Shown: positions 27,938-32,000 of the stretch, piece by piece
How the letters are laid out: each line of letters opens with the position of its first letter
Numbering within the stretch: position 1 is the first letter of the stretch
NCBI RefSeq assembly: GCF_018069705.1
Contig: NZ_CP072943.1
Location: 1,581,453 to 1,613,452 of the forward strand
Source: Aminithiophilus ramosus
GTDB taxonomy: Bacteria; Synergistota; Synergistia; Synergistales; Aminithiophilaceae
DNA: 32,000 nt
Direction: 5' to 3'
Position numbers and translations under genes: made by a program
The notes under the pieces: generated by a model
Databases searched by the model: none
Told to the model about the DNA's origin: nothing
Seen by the model: the letters and a program-made list of their open reading frames with translations, nothing else

Positions 27938-28483
27938 GTGTCGAGGAAACGGAAGGGGTTCACCCTTGTGGAGATTCTCATCGTCGTCATCGTCATCGGT
28001 CTTTTGGCCGGAGCGATGCTGGTCGTCGCGGCAAGGTTCCAGGCCAGAACCCGGGCTTCGGTCATCGTCGCGAACATGCGAACCCTTCAGGAGGCGGCCA
28101 TGCTTTACTTCGCCGACAACGGCCGCTGGTTCCCCGAAGAAGCCTCCAACGGCAACGCGAACAAGAAGGACGCCGGAACGTTCCTGCTTCCCTACCTGGA
28201 CCGGAAGCTGGCCGCCAAGTTTTCGGCCACGGACAATCAGTATTTCGTCTGGCTTTTCGAAGAGGGAAACGGCGACGGAAAGTTCTACGTCGTATGCAAA
28301 GTCGACGACCGTTTCGAAAACTACGAGACGCGCCAGGCTTTGGAGAAGATCGCCGCCTCTCCTCCCTTCTTCAACGCCGACGGAGAGGACCATCCCTTCA
28401 AAGCCGTCAAGAACCCCGGTACGGGCTACTCGGGAAACACCCAGATCACCCTGTTGATCTTGAGGCAATCGTTCGGCGACTAG
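27938..28483 (+). CDS. Prepilin-type N-terminal cleavage/methylation domain protein (type IV pilin or pseudopilin-like)
   Basis: The GTG start is preceded by AAGGAG at 6 nt. The leader is (M)SRKRKG / FTLVEILIVVIVIGLLAGA, the class III signal peptide with Glu5. The upstream 33 ORF codons are rejected. Confidence 0.85.
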   Translation: MSRKRKGFTLVEILIVVIVIGLLAGAMLVVAARFQARTRASVIVANMRTLQEAAMLYFADNGRWFPEEASNGNANKKDAGTFLLPYLDRKLAAKFSATDNQYFVWLFEEGNGDGKFYVVCKVDDRFENYETRQALEKIAASPPFFNADGEDHPFKAVKNPGTGYSGNTQITLLILRQSFGD

Positions 28484-28498
28484 ATTAAGATGGCCATG

Positions 28499-28530
28499 AG
28501 GAGAGGGGGCCCTCAGGGGCTCCCTCTCCT
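28499..28530 (+). terminator. Hairpin at the convergent pilin / folP junction
   Basis: AGGAGAGGGGGCCC-tcag-GGGCTCCCTCTCCT forms a 14-bp stem with one G-U pair, followed by TTAT. The folP stop codon lies in the loop and the right arm is within the folP coding sequence. Confidence 0.55.
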
Positions 28531-29733
28531 TATGGCGGCGACGACGTCGACGGCCTTCCTGCTGGCCCCCACGTCGTGAACGCGAAGGATTTCGACGTCC
28601 CGCCAGGCGCAGAGGGCCGAGACGGCCAAGGTCCCCTCGAGACGCCCTTCGGGCCGGGGCTCGTCGAGGACGGCACCGAGAAAGCTCTTGCGGGAGTGCC
28701 CGACAAGCAGAGGAAGGCCGAAACCCCGCAGAGCTTCGAGGTGACGAAGAATCTCCAGGTTGTGCTCCGACGTCTTGCCGAAACCGATGCCGGGGTCGAG
28801 AATGATACGGCTTTCGTCGATACCCGACCTGGCGGCCAGGGCGAGGCGGTCCTCGAAATAGGCGACCATGTCGGGGAGAAGATCACCGTAGCGGGGAGCC
28901 TCCTGCATCGTCCTCGGCCTCCCCTGAATGTGCATGACGACGACGGGAACGGCCAGGGCGGCCACCGTCTCGGCCAAGGCTCCGTCGAAGCCGAAACCGG
29001 AGATGTCGTTGACGATGTCGGCCCCGGCCGCCACGGCGGCTTCGGCCACGGAAGCCTTGTTCGTGTCGGCCGAAAGAGGCAGATCGGGGAAACGTTCCCT
29101 GAGCGCCCTCAGCGCGGGAACGAGCCGGACAAGCTCGGTGGCCGCATCGAGACCGTCGGAACCGGGACGCGTCGACTCGGCGCCCACATCGAGAATATCG
29201 GCCCCTTCGGCGACCATCGTTTCCGCCCGCTCCAGCAGTTCGGCCAAATCGGCGATGCGGCTGCCCGCATAGAAGGAATCGGCAGTGACGTTGAGAATGC
29301 CCATGATGAGACTCCGCCCCTCGAAGGAGAGACGACGCCCTCCAGGAAGGTCAAGGCCCCGAGGATGCTCCCCCCTGCGGCGAGACGCCAGAAATGCCGT
29401 CAGTCCCAGGCGGACCTCCTCCAACCCCCAGTAGGGCATGGCCTTCAGTTTTTCGACGAGAAGACGGACGGCCTTCTCCGTGCCGAAGAGAAGGCCGTCC
29501 GTCCGCTCCACCTGCCTGTCGATGGCGTTGCGGTGAACGGCCACGTCGCCTCCGCGGGCCAGCATCTCCTGCTTGAGGGCGTTGGCGGCCCGCGTATCGA
29601 CATCTTTGAGCAGCAGGGTCAGCGTTTCTCTCTTGGCCAGGAAATAGGGGACTCCCCGGTCGTCGCAACCCAACGCCTTCAGACGTCGGCCGATTTCTCC
29701 ATCGTCGATGAAATCGATCTGCAGCGGTCTCAT
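28513..29733 (-). CDS. folP: Dihydropteroate synthase with a ~139-aa N-terminal extension
   Basis: The pterin-binding domain starts at IMGILNVTADSFYAGS and continues with GADILDVGAESTRPGS. Start placed at MRPLQIDF (ATG 29733), an ATGA overlap with the queD stop. The upstream 140 ORF codons overlap queD and are rejected. Confidence 0.85.
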   Translation of the reverse strand: MRPLQIDFIDDGEIGRRLKALGCDDRGVPYFLAKRETLTLLLKDVDTRAANALKQEMLARGGDVAVHRNAIDRQVERTDGLLFGTEKAVRLLVEKLKAMPYWGLEEVRLGLTAFLASRRRGEHPRGLDLPGGRRLSFEGRSLIMGILNVTADSFYAGSRIADLAELLERAETMVAEGADILDVGAESTRPGSDGLDAATELVRLVPALRALRERFPDLPLSADTNKASVAEAAVAAGADIVNDISGFGFDGALAETVAALAVPVVVMHIQGRPRTMQEAPRYGDLLPDMVAYFEDRLALAARSGIDESRIILDPGIGFGKTSEHNLEILRHLEALRGFGLPLLVGHSRKSFLGAVLDEPRPEGRLEGTLAVSALCAWRDVEILRVHDVGASRKAVDVVAAIRRGSP

Positions 29734-30110
29734 GACACTCGGCCCGGTTCCATATCCTCGCGACGGAGGATCACGGAACTGGACGCCGTCTCCCAGACCT
29801 CGATCTCGTGGAGGCGGCAGTTGGGACGGGCCAGGGGCGTTTCGAGCTCCCCCCAGATCCAGCGGGCGATGTACTCGGCCGTGGGCTGTTCGAGAAGATC
29901 GTTGAGGTAGGCATGATCCAGACGGGAGAGGACCTTCTCGTTGACGATGGCCTTCAGCTCGACGAAATCGAGGATCATCCCCTCCCGGTCCGTCTCTCCA
30001 CGAAGCGTTACGGCCAACCGGTAGGTGTGGCCGTGAAGGGCCTCGCACTTGCCGTGATAGTGAATCAGGCGATGAGCCGCGTCGAAGGAGAAGGTCCGTT
30101 TTAAAAACAT
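29730..30110 (-). CDS. queD: 6-carboxytetrahydropterin synthase / 6-pyruvoyl-tetrahydropterin synthase family (QueD-like)
   Basis: 126 aa with FSFDAAHRL, KCEALHGH (Cx3HGH), DFVELKA, LDHAYLND and ARWIW. Confidence 0.85.
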   Translation of the reverse strand: MFLKRTFSFDAAHRLIHYHGKCEALHGHTYRLAVTLRGETDREGMILDFVELKAIVNEKVLSRLDHAYLNDLLEQPTAEYIARWIWGELETPLARPNCRLHEIEVWETASSSVILRREDMEPGRVS

Positions 30111-30428
30111 CGAGAATCGCCTCCTCTTTGGGCGGATGGGGCGAAGACGTCACCCCACCTGCAAGGTCTCTCCATCATGAAGGCTTTTTCCTGCAGCGGC
30201 AAGGGGTCTTTTGCCCCTGGGGGGAAGGGAGGGATCTCCTCCGAAACACCTCCCTCTCTCCGTCTTCGTCGGACAGCAGGGCGAAAGGCCGCACGGAACA
30301 GACGCGACGAGTCCCTTCCCGGGGGCGCCGTTTGTCGAAAGGGAGGGACACCGGAACAAAGGAGAGCCCTCTCCCGCGTTTTTGGGGTTAAAATGTCATC
30401 CAAGGCGAAACGACAGGGAGGTGACGCC

Positions 30429-31658
30429 ATGATCGCAGCACAATTCGACGCCTTTTTCCTCGACCTCGACGGCGTCGTCTACATCGGCGACGAACCCACG
30501 CCGGGGACGCCTCTGGTCCTGAAGGAGCTGCGCCGGAAAGGCAAGGAGATCCGGTTCCTCACCAACAACCCCACCTCGGCGGAAGAGATCGTCCGACGTC
30601 TCCGATCCTTGGGCATCGAGTCCCAGGAAAGGGAAGTGGTCACGTCGGGGACGGCCACCGCCGCCCTGCTGGCCGCCAAGGATCTTCGCAAAGCCTGGGT
30701 CCTCGGTCACAAGGGGCTGAAAGAGGCCCTCCTGGCCCGAGGCGTGACGTCGACGGAAGGCGACGGCTGCGACGCCGTCGTCGTCGGTTGGAACGACGAC
30801 ATCACCATGGCAGACATCAGGGAGGCCTCTCTGGCCATCCGTCGGGGAGCTTTTTTCGTGGCCACCAACGAGGACAGGACCTATCCGGGGCCCCAGGGTC
30901 CCCTGGCCGCCGTGGGAACCCTCGTCGAGGCCCTTGTGGCCGGATCGGGACAGAGACCGATCTCCGTCGGCAAACCCCAGCCCTTCATGTTCGACGTCGC
31001 CCTGAAAGGCCTCGGAAGAGGAAAAAGAGCCGTCATGATCGGCGATACGCCCGACGTGGACATCCTCGGCGCCCACCGGTCGGGATTGCCGGCCCTTCTC
31101 ATGGGTGAGGCCGTGACCTTCCCCTACGACCGGGACTTCCGCAATCCCGACGGGAGAATCGCCTCCCTGGAAGACCTTTTCGACGAGTCCCTTTCCGTAG
31201 GGGAATGGGACGGCCCCTCGTACGCCTGGCCTGAAAGGGTGGAGCCCGGCGTTGCCGCCATCGTCCTCGAAGGAGAAAGAGTCCTCCTCATGCGCCGCCG
31301 CGACAACGGCCTCTGGGGCATCCCCTCGGGGCACGTCGAGCCGACGGAAACCGTGGCGGGAGCCGTCCTTCGGGAAATCCGGGAGGAGACGGGAATCGAA
31401 GCCGAAGTGACGGGACTGATCGGCGTCTATTCCGATCCCCGCTCGCAGGTCATGACCTACCCCGACGGACGGATCCGCCACTTCGTCACGACCTGCTTCC
31501 TCTGCCGTCCCACAGGAGGAACCCTTGGAAGGACGGGGCCGGAGACGCTCGACGCGGGCTTCTTCCCTCTCGATTCCCTTCCAGAGCCGATGATGGCCAT
31601 GCACCCCCTCTGGCTCGCCGACGCCCTCGCCGGGTCGAAGGAACCCTTTATCCGTTGA
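30429..31658 (+). CDS. HAD-IIA phosphatase / Nudix hydrolase fusion protein
   Basis: N-terminal FFLDLDGVVY (HAD motif I), TNN and GDTPDVDILGA (motif IV). The C-terminal Nudix box is GHVEPTETVAGAVLREIREETGI. Start is ATG 30429 with GGGAGG upstream. The upstream 84 ORF codons are rejected. Confidence 0.85.
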   Translation: MIAAQFDAFFLDLDGVVYIGDEPTPGTPLVLKELRRKGKEIRFLTNNPTSAEEIVRRLRSLGIESQEREVVTSGTATAALLAAKDLRKAWVLGHKGLKEALLARGVTSTEGDGCDAVVVGWNDDITMADIREASLAIRRGAFFVATNEDRTYPGPQGPLAAVGTLVEALVAGSGQRPISVGKPQPFMFDVALKGLGRGKRAVMIGDTPDVDILGAHRSGLPALLMGEAVTFPYDRDFRNPDGRIASLEDLFDESLSVGEWDGPSYAWPERVEPGVAAIVLEGERVLLMRRRDNGLWGIPSGHVEPTETVAGAVLREIREETGIEAEVTGLIGVYSDPRSQVMTYPDGRIRHFVTTCFLCRPTGGTLGRTGPETLDAGFFPLDSLPEPMMAMHPLWLADALAGSKEPFIR

Positions 31659-31680
31659 GATACCGCTTCGGAAGAGCTTC

Positions 31681-31732
31681 AAAAAAAGCAGGGATGCCGC
31701 CGAGAGAAAGAGCCTCCCGGTGGGCATCCCTG
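31681..31732 (-). terminator. Intrinsic terminator downstream of selC
   Basis: Minus strand has CAGGGATGCC...GGCATCCCTG (10-bp stem, with possible extra inner pairing CCGGGAG/CTCTCGG) followed by CTTTTTTTG. Confidence 0.65.
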
Positions 31733-31923
31733 AATCCCTGAAGAAGACACCTGAATGGACGCGCCGACCCCAGACCCGTCGAAAGAGAGACAAGAAGACA
31801 GGATCCCTATCGTCACTCGCTGTCCTGATGGTCGATGTCGACGTGACAGAACTGCCTCTGAGGGTGCGAAGCCGGAGCCGACTTTTCGTAAAGTCAACGA
31901 TCGCAGGACGTCACGATTCGGCT

Positions 31924-32000
31924 TGGCGGAGGCGTGTGGGAATCGAACCCACCGGAGCCGGCGCGTACCGACCCCCGACAGATTTGAAGTCTGCACCCGG
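31924..32000 (-). tRNA. selC: tRNA-Sec (anticodon UCA), 3' portion; the 5' part lies beyond the window
   Basis: Minus strand reads ...GCAGA-CUUCAAA-UCUGU (anticodon UCA). It has an 8-bp long variable arm (GGGGUCGG-UACGCG-CCGGCUCC) and a T arm GUGGG-UUCGAUU-CCCAC. An 8-nt acceptor 3' strand (ACGCCUCC), discriminator G and encoded CCA give the bacterial 8/5 tRNA-Sec layout. Confidence 0.85.

Noticed and set aside
29734-30153. N-terminal 140 codons of the 546-aa ORF containing folP
   Set aside because: This part overlaps the well-conserved queD-like gene in another frame and is P/R/G-rich nonsense. The ATG at 29733 forms an ATGA junction with the queD stop.
30177-30428. Upstream 84 codons of the 493-aa HAD-Nudix ORF
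   Set aside because: The translation is low complexity (GKGGISSETPPSLRLRRTAGRKAARNRR), there is no Shine-Dalgarno at 30177 or 30393, and GGGAGG sits correctly before ATG 30429, directly ahead of HAD motif I.
31860-31900. RNase P RNA-like string (minus strand GAAAAGUCGGCUCC, resembling the P4 GAAAGUCCGGGCUCC)
   Set aside because: The match is imperfect. The available segment between selC and the terminator (~190 nt) is far too short for RNase P RNA, and none of the other conserved regions are present.
31755-32000. Open plus-strand reading frame starting at ATG 31755 and running off the window
   Set aside because: It reads straight through the antisense of tRNA-Sec, has no Shine-Dalgarno and has an arginine-rich composition. 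It is likely spurious.

Overview
GC-rich bacterial chromosomal window made up almost entirely of core housekeeping genes. I call 33 protein-coding genes and one tRNA truncated at the window edge. From 22386 down to 49 everything is on the minus strand in a nearly gapless array: uvrC-ribD-ribE-ribBA-ribH-serS-(GT4-like/WecG fusion)-DUF951-rlmH-ybaB-recR-PIN/TRAM(yacL-like)-ispDF-rlpA-like-guaB, then a promoter plus leader terminator, then rimP-nusA-ylxR-ylxQ-infB-DUF503-rbfA-nrnA-like-truB-ribF. Many junctions are 4-nt stop/start overlaps (ATGA, GTGA, TTGA). The gene order is Firmicutes- or Synergistota-like, but I cannot assign a taxon from sequence alone. The right third (22.4-32 kb) alternates orientation: cysS(+); hypothetical and pepA(-); a soluble MCP with a C-terminal PhnD-like binding domain(-); an orphan prepilin-type pilin(+); queD-like and N-terminally extended folP(-); a HAD-IIA/Nudix fusion(+); and the 3' two-thirds of tRNA-Sec (selC, -). 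All three convergent junctions carry strong hairpins, one of them a 61-nt perfect palindrome that spans both stop codons. I see no CRISPR array, transposase, integrase, toxin-antitoxin pair or recognisable defence genes, and I cannot honestly point to a clear novel multi-gene system. The items most worth follow-up are: (i) the divergent MCP-PBP/pilin pair sharing an AT-rich control region with a 28-bp perfect palindrome; (ii) the queD-folP pair facing a HAD-Nudix fusion across an unexplained 318-nt structured spacer; (iii) the degenerate GT4/WecG fusion; (iv) the promoter-terminator leader in front of rimP-nusA; (v) the 190-nt trailer between selC and its terminator. The many long ORFs antisense to conserved genes are GC-driven shadow ORFs. 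The ORF track translates TTG and GTG starts as M, and several starts were re-placed using Shine-Dalgarno spacing.
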